Of a stretch of 64,000 nucleotides of DNA, positions 1 through 59,045 are shown piece by piece (within the stretch, counting starts at the first letter, position 1; the number at the start of each line of letters is the position of its first letter). This stretch comes from Mytilus trossulus (lineage: Eukaryota): NCBI RefSeq assembly GCF_036588685.1, contig NC_086377.1:34162001-34226000 (forward strand), given 5' to 3'. The translations under genes were made by a program, and so were the position numbers. The notes below the pieces were generated by a model. That model ran no database searches. It saw only the letters and a list, made by a program, of their open reading frames with translations, and was not told the origin of the DNA.

Positions 1-485
1 CCTCAAACGTATGGTACTTGAAGTAGTTAACTAATATTATATTAATTATTTAATTTAGTGTCTTGTTATGATGCTTAGCAGATCATAAAACAAATCACAA
101 TCAGATATTTGTTGTCCCTTTGAGTTTTTAAAAAAAATCATATAATTAAAAAGACCAAACGTGACATCATTCGAAAATCCAATATATACAAACATGCATT
201 TGTACATTAAATGTTGCGATCTGTTTGTCAACACAGACATGGCATAACTGTTTTAATATTCGGAAACACATACTTTTTTTGTTAAGATAAGGAAATGCAC
301 AAAGACCTTATGTAAAAATCAAAACAGAATGGGGAAGGGGTGAACATCTTTGAAAGCGCATAGCCCTGCCCTTTCTGTAATTTTAACATGGACCAGTGAT
401 GAAATAGTACAACATAAGTAAACAATCAGTTGGAAAGGGCTTAATGTTTGTTTTTATGCTATCTATTTCTTGTTTTATATTTCAG

Positions 486-10901
<10,416 letters not shown>

Positions 10902-12692
10902 TAGCTTCTCGTGAAGACAAAACACATTGCACCAAAGGTCTTGTGGTTCATAGCTTATCGTGATGACTGCTTTGTATAGACACGTAACATCTTGTTACAT
11001 ACATGTAACATATTGTAAAGAAAAAAAATTGTGTCCCCATGGGATTCGTGTTTGATAGTATTGCCAATGGACCAATTACTTAACGGACAAAGTGTGTTTT
11101 TTTTAATCATTTTCAAGTTTGGTGAGATTTTATATTCTATATTTTGCTTTGTTTTTTGTTTTTTGTTCGAAATTGTAATTCACATTGGTAGGTGTGTTCT
11201 CTCTATCGTATGGAAAGGAACAACGATACAATATGTGTGTGCTCCTTATATACAACATGCAACGTTATTTACAGAATGAATGTTCCTTCCTTTAAGACGA
11301 ACATATATTTTGTATAAAATAACTGTGTTTTTTATTGTTTGTTTTTTATTACTTTGAATCAGGATGTTAATGTGTACTACATCAGAGAATTTTTTTTGTA
11401 AATATAAATGTATCTGTATTGTACGCAACTAGTTCACTGTATTTGCATGGGATATGGACAAATTGGTAAACACCAAAGAAGAACGTATAGAAAATCACTG
11501 TTCCGTGTATGCTAAGTCTTTGATCAAACCCAACGCTGGATAAAACCCTTGCAATTTTTGTAAAAAATGAATTAAAATCGAGAAATAATTCCAAATTGAA
11601 AAATGACAAACAGTGTTGAAGCTTGAAAAATTAACATGTAGCTTTATTTTCTGTTGTCACAATGCAAAAATTATATAGGTTTAACATGTTAATGTTTAAG
11701 AAAAAAACTATTCAAAAATTTAAGGAGTAGTTTTTGCGAGAAAAAAAAAGATTTTTGTAACAATTTTGGATTTTTTTATAAAAAAAGGTGCAAATTTTCA
11801 TATTTTTTTTCGTTTCTTAGATATTTTCGGCTTGAAGCCAAAATTGAAGATGTTCGTATTATTCAAAAGTTCAATTCTTGTTTAATACATATCGTTATCA
11901 CTGCATTATTCTGGGTTCTTTTTACATTTTTACACACTCCCACTTTTCGATTAAATTTCCCAAATAGAATTCTCTGTTAATTGTTCTCAAGTTAACGAAC
12001 CTAAACGCTTCGAAAAAGACATAACAAACAAATACGGCAGTAGGTTTACATAAGTATAAGTATGGATGACAAAAGTAGTCTTAATACGTCATACTTTCTT
12101 CAGGATTTGATAAATTTGTTCTTGTGAAGGAAAGATATATACATACATTAGGGAACATGTACATGTCCTGAAATTATTGAAAGCATCTGTTACACAGAAT
12201 TATATCAGTAACAGCGAAATACCAGGTATTGTTCCAGTAAAGCACAAGCTTCACAGGCTCAGTTTTAAAATCTGAATTTCGACTGTCTTATATTGTTAAA
12301 AATCACAAAATAGAAAATTGCATTATTTGTTATAAATTAGATTTACTTCGTTTCTTTTAAAGAAATAGATCACTCACAGAAACTCCTCTAGAATGACAAA
12401 AAAACTATATATAGGTTTAGCCGAACTATATCCCGCAAATGCATATTAGTTGATTAATATCTATTTATATCTAAGTTTTTGAATACTGGTAAGACATTAG
12501 TGCTAGCATTTTTAACGGCAAAACTTTTGACTACACAAACGTGAGTGAAAATAAATGCAGTCGTAATAATAAAAAAACCACGTTAAGATACTAAAGTGTT
12601 TGTTAAGTATATAATCCAAAATGTCAAAATAAAGGTCACCGTGGGACCTAACTTTAGTTTGTAGGTCACCGCATTCTAATTTTGCATCCTGG

Positions 12693-12795
12693 GTCAGTTT
12701 CACAACAAATCTTACGACTAAAGCTGGTCGTAAGTCATGAATAATTCAGTTTACTTTCGATTAATCTTGTCTTATGTTTTTTTTGTGAAACCGAC
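12693..12795. repeat. Tiny TIR element
   Basis: gtcagtttcacaa / ttgtgaaaccgac (12/13 inverted match). Confidence 0.4.
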
Positions 12796-14442
12796 TTCTG
12801 TATCTGAAGTTTGATAAACCTTAGTTTTGCTGCTATATATGTCGCGGACAGGATTACATTATGATTGAATCCATATCATAGTGACCTGATTTTAATTTAT
12901 GACCATCCCCTATTATATGATGTATATAGCTCCGGGTGCGTGAACTTCTCGCTACATTGAAGACCTGTTGGTGACCTGCAGTTGTTTTTTTATTTGGTCG
13001 GGTTGTTGTCCCTTTGACACATTCCCCATTTCCATTTTCAATTTTATTAGTTTGAAAAACCCAGGTTCAACGGTTCTAAAGATATGGACCGGACACAACC
13101 CAGACAAAAACGAAACAAACAATGTTTGAAAATTTGACGGCTCAAATGTCAATGTCAATGTCAAAATAAACTGATTTGATTTATGAAGAACCACGTTTCA
13201 TCCCATAATACATCTCTGAACTAAGTGCGTTCAACATCAGTTCTATAGTGCGGGGATTTCTCGCTACATTGAAGACATGTTGGTGACCTTCTGCTGGTTT
13301 TTTTTCTACGGTCGGGTTGTTGTCTCTTTGACACATATCCCATTTCCATTCTCAATTTTATATAGTAAAGGCAATGCATTATATATTTGAAATCATTGGT
13401 TTCTGGATGAACTGTATATCTGTATACATGTATAAGTAACCTGATTTAATTCGACACGGGCCGCAAAAGTGGAGACTGACGGACGGACAGACTTAAAATG
13501 TGATTAATATATCCTCTTTAACTTTGCTTGTGGTTGTATTAAACATGTAAGAAAGTGATTTCCGATCTTGACACGGTGTGTAGACTGTTAACAAACAGGA
13601 GACTATTGTCACTGTTGATTTGAGAAAGACATCTACTTTTTACTCTCTTTATTGCGTCGTTTTCTCTCCCTTTTACTCGTCCAACTAACAAATATTTCAT
13701 CATATTATTTTATTTTGCAAGGCACACCATCAATGATAGAAAATATTAACACATTTAAGGTCAAATATTTGTTATTATACGTTGTTTTTGTAGAAAGTAC
13801 TGTTTTACCTAAAGCAGAATGAAAACGTCAAAATGACGTTATTATCGCCAAACCATGAACGATATGCAACTAAGAATCAGAGAGACGTTATCATAGTATC
13901 GTGTAAAGTAAAATTTTAATTTACTTTATTACCAGCAGCTTCAAATTAGACAATAATACTACACAAGTGTTATTCTTTCAATTTTAAATGAATGACCGTT
14001 GACCCTAATTAAAAAAATGCACCATATTTCACCTTTACGACCAGCAAAAATGGAATCTACACATTTTTTCCTATCAATTGATATATAATATAGCTGTGTG
14101 TTAGATAGGTGCATTAAAAATATTTTTAGGTCTGAATGTCACTCGCCTATGTGTACACACAGCTAATTTGTCCTTTGACTATCAAGAACATAAATATGTA
14201 CTTATCATTGGTTTTCTGATCAAATATTGATAAACTTTGACAACAATTTGACCATTCACTGTCTGCCCTTTTTGTGTTTCCTTTATCGGGTGGCTGTCAA
14301 ATTAACGAATAACACTTTACTTCTCACACGGATATGTATACACTTGCTCTAGAGTATTGTCCATCGTGTACTATAGAACCCTATTGTTGTATAGAGACTG
14401 TTAACTTTTGGTTTTGATCTTCTTGGAGCAAAAGTTTTAATT

Positions 14443-14508
14443 ATATATATTATATATATAATATTTTGTATATTATATGTATAATATATATATATATATA
14501 TATATATA
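14443..14508. repeat. Interrupted (AT)n microsatellite
   Basis: tatatata runs. Confidence 0.8.
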
Positions 14509-14939
14509 TTGCGTTTGTCATTCTCTTGAGTATATTAGAAAAGTAATCACCATCCTCTTAAATGACAGGGAGACCTTTTTGACCTCTCAATGTCTATAAA
14601 GAGGTTACAAACATGTTTGTCTTATCGGTTCATATATGGGATTGCAACGAGTAGAGTACTATCTCTGCAGGCCGAGCAATTATGTACAATTTAAGAACTC
14701 AGATACTCGTTTGACTTTTAAAAATCTTTAGATATTTCGTCGATACGTCAGGCCGACATTGGTGTGTTATATCCATGATTTATGCACAGGTCTTGTGCGT
14801 GCCTGCTCAATCCAGTATACCCTCATTATGCAGTTGTTGTCTATAGAAGTAGGTTGATGATAGGTCGAAACAGACCATAAACCTCTAAGAAATTTAAATT
14901 CAAATCCTTACTTTAACATTTGTAAAACCATATACAAGA

Positions 14940-15660
14940 ATGTCTTACCAAAAAAAACAAATATAAGACAATAATAATCAAAACCAAGGAGTAAACAAAG
15001 ACTCACAAAACCAAGGGACATTTACATCAACAGTTATAAATAAGAAATAAGAAACAACACGAACTCCACTAAAAACCGGGAGTGAAATCGGGTGTTCCGG
15101 AAGGGTAAGCATTTCCGGCACCGTACACGGCACCCGTCGTGATATTTCTTTGTTCAGTTCGGTAATGATGGACTGAGGAAGAATATCAGATAGGATTTCT
15201 GACACACTTTTGTCATAATGGCCAATCAACTCATGATGACGACCGTGAAATTTTTTGAGTAATGACCATAATTTGATTGATTCATAACCATGTCTTAACA
15301 ACTTTTAAAAGCAGTATTTCTCGTTTAACAAAATCAACGTACTTGAGCTAGCCCTAGAGTAACGTATCAATTGAGACACATATACTACATATGTTAATGC
15401 TGCTTCGCAGAAATGAAAAGTTGACTACAGGAAAATTAAAATCCTCGAGTTTGTCATACATTTTGGTATTCAACGTACCATCAGTAGTCATTTCTAGAAA
15501 AAGTTCTCAATATGTAGTAGATTTATCTGTGTCGGTAGTTCATTTGGATATATTAAATGTAAGTGATCACTGAATCTATTATTATTACGAGATAGTACAT
15601 CATCAATATATGAAAATATATATTAAAAGACTTGGCTAATTGCTTTCCTTTTCTTTTGAA
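14940..15660 (-). mobile_element. Degenerate Penelope-like RT fragment (different family)
   Basis: Minus-strand FSYIDDVLS (~15590-15620), KMYDKLEDFNFPVVNFSFL, SQLIRYSRA, LKKFHGRHHELI. Confidence 0.75.
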
Positions 15661-16084
15661 TTGTTACAATGACGTAACAATTATGCACTGTTATGAAAAA
15701 TTATGACTTGATATTTCCTGAAATTCCAATACTGTTTCCTGACAACACTATATTCGAAAACTGGATTTGTTTGGCCAATGTAAGTTCACTGCGGTCATTC
15801 TAATGTTTCGTGTTTAGTGTTGACCAATCCTTGTAAATCAAATTTGTTGTAAATATAGTTAACTTATTCTGCAGATGCATAATATTTGGTATGGAGACGT
15901 TCATTTAATGAGAAATAAAAAAAATCAATTTATTTGGTCGGACAGAATAGACTATGTAATAACATACCAATGAACTTTATACATGTATTTACATTGTTTA
16001 ATAACCTATATACAAGGTTTTTAGATGTCATGAATTATTCAACCTGTTTAATAAGGAAGTATTGTTCTGTTTTAAGTTCAGGTA

Positions 16085-16765
16085 TTTAAAATTCATATAT
16101 AACTAGGAAGTCGAAGTGACACTCAAGATAATTTGTTCTTCCTGTTTTAATGTATTTGAATGTTGGATTTATTTTATTGAAATAGCAGTTACTCAGATAA
16201 AATGCAAGTACGTATTGAATATAATGAAAAACTACATTCGGCAATTTGGTGACGTAAATCTCTACGCTTCATTGATGACTTATTTTTACTAACATCTTTA
16301 TCTTCTACTACAATAAAACTGCATTGATTACTTAGGCTAAACAAACGGACAAAACAAACTGCTAAACTCCAAGGTTAGTTTGAATAGGGGAAGTTGTTAC
16401 ACACTGCCATTATGAAACGCTATCAAAACACTTAAATTTCATTTATATATATTTAAGAAGTCACAGTGACACTCACCATAGTTTGATTTGTTGATTAAAT
16501 GTATTAGTAAAACTACAGTTAATCAGATAAAATGCAAGTACGTACCAAATATAATCAAAACCTACATTATACAATATGGCAACTCTCTTTGCATGCTTAG
16601 TTTTACTAACATCTGAATCGTAAAGTTTTTTCTTCTATTTCTATAAGACTGCATTGTTTACACTGGCTTAACAAAAGGACAAAAAAACTTTTACATTTTA
16701 AAGTTAACTAAAATACGGAAAGTCATTACAGACTGTCAATATTAAACGTTATTTAAACATTTGTT
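16085..16765. repeat. Diverged ~330-350-bp tandem duplication
   Basis: cagataaaatgcaagtacgta at 16194 and 16524; actgcattg at 16318 and 16648. Confidence 0.75.
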
Positions 16766-17159
16766 TACGAAACAAGTCAGTGATCCTGTTTTAATTTGCA
16801 TTTCAGTTAGATAATTTAAAATACAACATTGTGTTTACACATACATTGTACTTATATACAAATGAATGTGTAAGAAAATACACAGAGAATACATTAAACT
16901 AAACGACAGAAACATGTTCACAGAGCATAACAAACATTGTAAAGTCGACATTATGTTTCATTACATATTTATTTACATTTAATTGTGTCACTTCAACATT
17001 ATTGTACCAAGTATATGACAGCTGTTGTACATTTGTTTGATTTGTTTCATAATTTGATTGTGTCATTTGATTAGAGACTTTCTTCTGTATTTTGGTGATT
17101 TTTTTTTTAAGTATTTTTAGAAATTGCAAAAAGAAGACCGATCCATATCTTTTGTCTAA

Positions 17160-17511
17160 TTAGTTATCAAAAGTACCAGGATTATAGTTTCATACGCCAG
17201 ACGCGCGTTTCGTCTACATAAGACTCATCAGTGACGCTCAGATCAAAATAGTTAAAAAGCCAAATAAATACAAAGTTGAAGAGCATTGAGGACCCAAAAT
17301 TCCAAAAAATTTGTGCCAAATACAGCTAAGGTAATCTACTCCTGGGGTAAGAAAATCCTTAGTTTTTCGAAAAATTCAAAGTTTTGTCAACAGAAAATTT
17401 ATAAAAATTACCATATAATTGATATTCATGTCAACACCGAAGTGCTGACTACTGGGCTGGTGATACCCTCGGGGACGAAACGTCCACCAGCAGTGGCATC
17501 GACCCAGTGGT
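17160..17511 (-). mobile_element. Hammerhead-ribozyme-containing non-autonomous element (retrozyme-like), copy A, ~350 bp
   Basis: Homologous to 21175-21450 and 24974-25263; no credible ORF; carries the HHR core near its 3' end and a structured 5' domain. Confidence 0.8.
17194..17238 (-). ncRNA. Minimal type I hammerhead ribozyme (copy A)
   Basis: Minus strand: cguca-CUGAUGA-gucu(uaugu)agac-GAAA-cgcgc-GUC-uggcg. Helix I CGUCA/UGGCG, helix II GUCU/AGAC, palindromic helix III. Confidence 0.85.
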
Positions 17512-17539
17512 CTAACCAATTTTACACTTAATATTTCAG

Positions 17540-28615
<11,076 letters not shown>

Positions 28616-28987
28616 TAATAACTTGTGAGGACCAGACGTCAAAATTAAACTTTAATAGCATCTTGTTATGACAATGGCATTGCTTAATAAACATTGTTTG
28701 TGCATAAATCTGTGTATATTGTGCTAGAGGTACTATATGTGGGGAGGGTTGAGATATCATAAAATATAATTAACCCTGTCGCAATGTCCAACAGTTTCAA
28801 GTCGGGAACCTTTATAATCTTTGTTAGTCTTGTATTGGTTTTTAAATTTCTGTTCATTTGCATGATTTGGAGTTTAATGTGGCTTTTATTTCGCTAAACT
28901 ACTATACATTTTTTTTTAATTTGGTCTCTGATCGGTAGTTGGTCTCTTTCCATTTTATTTTTTTTCATTCTATATGTCATATTTCTG

Positions 28988-29575
28988 TTCAGCTTTCCAA
29001 ATGTGAACTTTCCATTTCTAAGTAGCAACATTCCAGCAGCACCTGCATACGGGGTATCTTTCTCCTAATTGATACGATATTCCTGTGCTTGCATTTCCTA
29101 TCATGATTTTCTTGATAGAGGGTTGCTGCTCACAAGGAATCTATCGCAACAAGAGTTCTTAATGGCAAAGTTGAAATCATTCCTGCGTAAATTTTACGGA
29201 CGCCATCACGAGTTGGTTGACCGTTATGGAATAACCGTTTCATAAATAAAATCGAATATGTTCCTTGCGTCGTAACTACAATCCCCCTCCCTTTCATGAA
29301 TGTGACCTACCGAGTTATACTATTTACCCGATTTGTTATGACATGAGAAACACGATCGGTGTCACATGTGGGGCAAGATATACTTACCCTTCCGTAGCCC
29401 TTGAGATCACCCCAAGATTTTGGTTGGATTCATTTTGCTTTTTCTTTAGTTTTCTATGTTGTGTCATGTGTACTATTATTTGTCTGTTCATCTTCTTATT
29501 TTTAGCCATGGCGTTGTCAGTTTATTTTCGATTTATGAGTTAGACTGTCCCTCTGGTATTTTTCGTCCCTCTTTT
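28988..29575 (+). mobile_element. Penelope-like element 3' fragment (RT C-terminus and 3' end)
   Basis: FSFPNVNFPFLSSNIPAAPAYGV...RKFYGRHHELVDRYGI. The 3' end (ctgtccctctggtat..ttcgtccctctttt) recurs at ~18275-18327, 21858-22050, 59915-59957 and 62950-63240. Confidence 0.75.
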
Positions 29576-31629
29576 ATAGATCATTTACAGTAAGTATCAG
29601 GTCGTAGTTGACATTGTTTATTAACCGTTTAAACAGCGATCGATGTCGTTTTGACGGGCGCCAAGTGATGAGAAAATATCGTCTTTAGTGAGCTGAAACC
29701 GAGAATAAGAACGAATAAAACTATTCTAGATTGTACATATGTTTATAAAAAAAAATGAATAAAAAGTGGCTGTTATCATCATAGGTAGAAAATAGAGTGG
29801 CATTATTTGAGAATCACGTTAAACTGTAAAAATGTCATACATGACCTTACATTTTTATAAGTTTAACCTTTTGAGGCTGATGAGGGTTTTTTTTATTCCA
29901 GAGATATCATGAAAACTGGAAATATTTGTAAAACTATTTTCTCATTCTATTTACTAAAATACATTGTAAGCAGGCCGGTGTTGTTTGGGGTTTTTTTTTT
30001 TGGTTTTTTTTTATGATTTACATTTTACAAAACCGGGACATTTATGTGTTACGAATATTGTTGAAAGCTTGTTGAAAGTCTGCCATGTAACATTTGTTTG
30101 AGGGCCAGCTGAAGGACGCCTCCAGGTGTGGGAGTTTCTCGCTACATTGAAGACCCATTGGTGGTCTTCTGTTGTTGTCTGCTCTATGGTCGGGTTGTTA
30201 TCGCTTTGACAAATTCCCCATTTCCATTCTCAATTTTAATTTTATGTAGGTGTATAAATCGAGTCGTTTATATCTTCTAAATACTAAAAGTAGTCGTCTC
30301 ATTGTCTATGTCCTCATTCAAATTATTGAAATTTTGTCTTGGCGAGACCTGTTTAACCTGACTACATGTATACACCACGTACATGTAACATGCTCATTGT
30401 TATAAGCTGTAGTGTTATCTTTATATAATGTCTTATACCAAAGTCCGTTAGACTCTATTGGATAGTTGTCATGTGCATTTGGAACCACACCATCTAGCGT
30501 TTTTGTGATTAATTAAATTGAATGCGAATCAAATTGAATGCGAAAAAGTATCTCAAAAAAACTGTCAAAAGCCATTGGTTATATTTTTTGAAGATCGTCT
30601 GTTGGACTACATTTTGTAAACGCTGATATGCACAACCTGTTTCAACAAGACATTGCATAACTTTGGTAATTTCTAGATGTGTTTCAGCCTTTTGGGTTGT
30701 TTGATTTTCGTTTTTTTAACGTTTATTCTTACAACTTCTTTTATGAAATAAATAATTCTATTCATATACATGTATTTTATACGGAGACGGTTGAGAACTC
30801 ACAAACCATGTAAAACACCACAAAATGTTGCGCCTGTACCAAGTTAGGAGTATCTAGCCTTTATTTCTTTGTTTTTTTTCACTTAATCTATGTTTTTTAA
30901 GTTGAGTGTGACGTCCATTTTCACAAAGTAGTACACATTGTTCAGGGGCTGTTTAATGCTCATTGGTTGGGTTGTTGGTCTGTTTGACACATTCCTCGTT
31001 TCCATCCCAATTTTTTTGACGATCTTTCAATAACTTACAGAAGAGTTTCAAAAACAAACTATAGTTAATATTTTGTTACTAAAAACTCAACAGTGGAGGA
31101 AAATATGTCATGTGAAATTTATAAGATAAATTAATGACGAACGGAAATCATAAGGTTCAATTACAAGATCTTCCTTCTTCCTGTTGATAACGACGATAAA
31201 ATTCAATAATAAAAACAAGTAATATTAAGTATAAGACAGCTTACATGTAGATACATTTTTGTAAGACGCCTCTTGGATCGAAAATTCCAAAAAAGTTACA
31301 GAATGAAGGTAAAGGTTATATAAATGTTTTTCTTTATTTGTGTTGATACGTAGCTGTCTACGTGGGATTTTGTGAGATATTATTGTGGTTATTGTGAATA
31401 AATATGTTCTTGAAATCAGAATTGAATTTCACAGTTCAAATTGAAAACAAAACACGTGCTAGCACCGCTTTGGTAATAATTTATTCAATCGACTTAAATA
31501 ACAAAATGTATTACAATAATATTCATATTTATTGTAGAAATTCGCTTAAAGAAATTATGTAAAACCTAAACATTTTACTGTTAAATTTAACAAAACTGCC
31601 AACTTACACGGACGTACTTTTCCAAGTAA

Positions 31630-31925
31630 ATATGAAATTGAGAATGTAAATGGGGAATGTGCCAAAGAGACAACAACTCGACCATAGAGCAGACAGCAAC
31701 AGAAAGTCACCAACAGGTCTTCAATGGAAAGAGAAATTCCCGCACCCGGAGGCGTCCTTCAGCTGGCCCCTAAACAAATATATACTAGTTCAGTGATAAT
31801 GAACGCCATACTAAACTCCAAATTGTACACAAGAAACTATAAGTTAGAAAAATGCAAGACTGACAAAGGCCAGAGGTTCCTGACTTGGGACAGGCGCAAA
31901 ATGCGGCGGGGTAAAACATGTTTGT
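31630..31925 (-). mobile_element. Short 3'-end copy of the Penelope-like family
   Basis: Colinear with 23091-23385. Confidence 0.75.
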
Positions 31926-33439
31926 GTTGACTTAAATATTCTTCCTCTTCCTTTCCTTACTTTAGAACTTATAAAACATATGTTCTAAATCTGACTTATT
32001 TTGTCCCATAGACAGATAATTTACCATTTTAATAACTCGGTTACATGTTTACCATAAGCTAAGAGTTATCGTGCCCCGCTTGAAACAAATACGACCGTAT
32101 GTACTGTTTTTTTTTAATCAAAAGCAATACTATAACTATAACAGCTTGTAGTTTTCATGCTGCCAGTCTGTCACGTCAAATAATAAGTGTTAGAACTTAC
32201 TACGGCAGCATTGTGCTGGACAGCTCGATATCATACACTTGTGGGTCTTTTTTTTATTATTTTAGTTCATTTATATGTTGGAGTTAAGTGTGACCTCCAT
32301 TTTCACTCAACTGGTACATAGTTTTATTTAGGGGCCAGCTGAGGATCACCTCCGGGTGCGGGATTTTCTCGCTGCGTTGACGACCTACATGTAGTTGTTT
32401 CCTCCAGCTGTCGTCTGCTCTTTGGTCGTGTTGTTATCTCTTTGACAAAGTCAATTTTTATTCTTTATTTTAACCATTAACTGTCAACAGCAATATGTTT
32501 TGTTCTGTTGATTGGTAGACTATGGACACGCGTAATTTCATTGTAAAATTCTGTGAAAATGGCGATGCACTTACCGATATCATCGTTTTGAATTGCGCAA
32601 TATCATATTTCTGTGTGTTGTTTATAATTCGTATTACTACGTGGTAGTGCAGCGACCAATATTAGAGTGTAGGAGAGAGTAAAATTATCCATATAGAGCT
32701 CGGCAGTTACTTTAAATGATAATAATACAAAACTGTACGGGATGATTGTCTTTCTTATTATTATTTGACACTGAACTGTTAGCAGTCACTAATTAATAAA
32801 TCATCATATTTTTTTTATATCTAGTTAATTTCTTTTATCAATATTGAGGTTACATAGGAAAGCGACAGGAAGTTTAATTACAAGTGTATCCCACCATATT
32901 GTCATTTACAAATATAATCAGGAAACTAGACACTCTGTTTTAATGTATACAAATTATATATGTCTAAATTTGTTTAAGCGTCTAGGAAGCTTATTTTTTT
33001 GTAATCTTAATAATAATAAGATTCAGTTTTTTCGATACAATATATCTTTTGACTCGTTTTGCTTGTGTTGATTACTCTGGAGAACACCATATTGTGTTGA
33101 GATAAATTTTGCTATATATAAACTAGTGTTTACCAATTATTTTCTGTATATACATGTAGCTTACTATTGTTGTTTGTCTTTAAATTTTGTCGTTTTTATG
33201 TTGGAAACGTGGCATGTGTTTTACTGGACCTTTACTTTTTGGTTGCTTATTGGTGTTTTATTTTTTGTTGTGTATGTCTATCATGGGTTTAGTTACATGT
33301 AATGTACGAACATGAAGTTTAAAACTCGAAGGGTTAGGCCATCAGTGTGTGTTGGACATACACTAGCTGGTGTGTTGGATGACACCCACGATTTATATAA
33401 TCTAATCGAGTACATTGTATATCTATAACTGATTTTCAT

Positions 33440-33795
33440 TTTGTTATGTTACACCATAGTCCAAAATAAGGGGAGGGTTGGGATCCCGCTAACAAATTTA
33501 ACCCCTCCGCATTCTGTATGTATGTACCTGTCCCAAGTCAGGAGCCTGTAATTCAGCGGTTGTCGTTAGTTGATGTTGAAACATTTTTTGTCTTTCGTTC
33601 ATTATGCCGTTAGTTTTCTCGTTTGAATTATTTTACATTTGTCATTTCTGCCTATATTGTAGCTGACTATGCGGCATGGGATTTGCTCATTGTTGAAGGC
33701 CGTACGGTGACTTACAGTTGTTAATTTATGTGGCATTTGGTTTCTTGTGGAGAGTTGTATCATTGGCAATTATACCATATTTTCATTTTTTATAT
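33440..33795 (+). mobile_element. Dispersed SINE-like repeat (ttgaaggccgtacggtgac family)
   Basis: Copies at ~26090-26282 (+), 27355-27590 (-), 27610-27725 (+); shares the cctgtcccaagtcaggagcc core with other local repeats. Confidence 0.6.
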
Positions 33796-33809
33796 TTCCT
33801 TATTTACAG

Positions 33810-57323
<23,514 letters not shown>

Positions 57324-57427
57324 ATTGATTTTACGTTTTTATTATTTACCTTTTATTATAATTTTTTTTATTTCTGTATTGAAATACAGGACCTTTACAT
57401 ATATAAACTTGCAATAATTAGATAATA

Positions 57428-57598
57428 CAGTGAAACCTGGCTAAACCAAACCCTACATAAAACAAAAACCTGCATAAAATAAACATATTATAAAGAACTG
57501 TCATATCAAATTGTTTGCGTTGTGATAACGCCATACATGTGCCAAAACCGAACAAAATGTTGAGTCCAGAAGAGATTTGGTTTAAACAGGTTTGACTG
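57428..57598. mobile_element. Small MITE, Tc1/mariner-like, just 3' of the paralog 3 stop
   Basis: TA-CAGTGAAACCTG..TAAACCAAA ... TTTGGTTTAAACAGGTTTGACTG-TA. Confidence 0.65.
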
Positions 57599-57734
57599 TA
57601 ATAATTGTAATCTAATGTAGAATTTTCACGATATTTATAGTCCCATACATAGTACATGTATTTTTGTATGTTTATACAAAATCAGACAAAACTGGTTTTA
57701 TACCACAGTTATTCTCTTCTTTATTCACAGATAT

Positions 57735-59045
57735 ATAAAATTGAGAAAGAAAATGGTGAATATGTCAAAGCGACAACCACCCGACCATAGAGCAGACAAC
57801 AACCGAAGGCTACCAATGGGTCTTCAATATAGCGAGAATTCCCGCACCCGTAGGTGTCCTTCAGCTTGCCCCTAAAACATATGCATACTAGTACAGTGAT
57901 AATTGACGTCATACTAAACTCGAATTATACACAAGAAACTAAAATTAAAAATCATACAAAACTAACAAAGGCCAGAGGCTCCTGACTTGGGACAGGCGCA
58001 AAATTGCGGCGGGGTTAAATATGTTGATGAGATCTCAACCCTCCCCCTATACTTCTAGCCAATGTAGAAAAGTAAACGCATAAAAATACGCACATAAAAA
58101 TTCAGTGCAAGAGAAGTCCGAGTCCGATGTCAAAAGATGTAACAAAAGAAAATAAATAAAATGACAATAATACATGAATAACAACAGACTACTAGCACAT
58201 AACTGACATGCCAGCTCCAGACCTCAATTTAACTGATTGAAAGATTATGTCTCCATCATATGAATAGCAGGCACAATACCTCCCGTTAGGGGTTTAGTAT
58301 CATACTATCATAAAATATATGAGACAAACATAACCCGTGTCATGTCAAAAACTGTTTTTTAGTAAAACATGTGTTTAGTTCCGATTCAAAGACCCTATCA
58401 GTGAATCAATATTAAAGACAAAATATGCAATCTTTAATGACCTAACAACAGTGTCATAACTACTTCCCTTTTTAATAAGTCTATTTAAAGGTTTTGTTAG
58501 TTTCTGAGGAGAATTCTGACATGTTTGTACTTTATAAAGAATATTTCCATAAAAAATTGGATGTGAAATACCTGAACGTATAAGATGTCTGCATGTTGAG
58601 TTATATTTACGAATTATTTCCTTATACCGGTGATAAAAGTTAGTAAATGTTTTTACTAGTTTGTGATATCGAAAACCCTGGTGTAATAATTTTTCAGTAA
58701 TACATAAATTTATCTCGCTAAAATCTAATACGTTGTTATATACACAAGCGAATCGTACAAGTTGAGATATATAAACACCATAAGATGGTGACAAGGGAAC
58801 GTCTCCATCTAAAAATAGATAATTAACGATAGGAAATGAAAAATCATCTCTTTTATCATAATTTTTTTGTATTAAGCTTCCCGTTAATGATATAGATATC
58901 AAGATCGAGGTAAGGGCAGTGGTCATTGTTAGTATTAGCTTTATTTCAAGTAAGTTCAACATGATAACTTTCTTAAGTATACATACTGAAGTCGTCATTA
59001 TTGAGAGCCAATATATCATCCAAATATCTAAAAGTATTGTTAAAT
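57735..59045 (-). mobile_element. Penelope-like retroelement, second 5'-truncated copy
   Basis: FNNTFRYLDDILALNN then frameshift to YDKRDDFSFPIVNYLFLDGDVPLSPSYGVYISQLVRF; 3' region colinear with 23091-23850. Confidence 0.85.

Noticed and set aside
444-485. ATG at 444 as start of paralog 1
   Set aside because: The region looks like a polypyrimidine tract ending ttcag at the position matching the paralog acceptors; probably intronic, though not excluded.
29876-29915. CTGATGAG as another hammerhead
   Set aside because: No helix II or GAAA/NUH arrangement follows.
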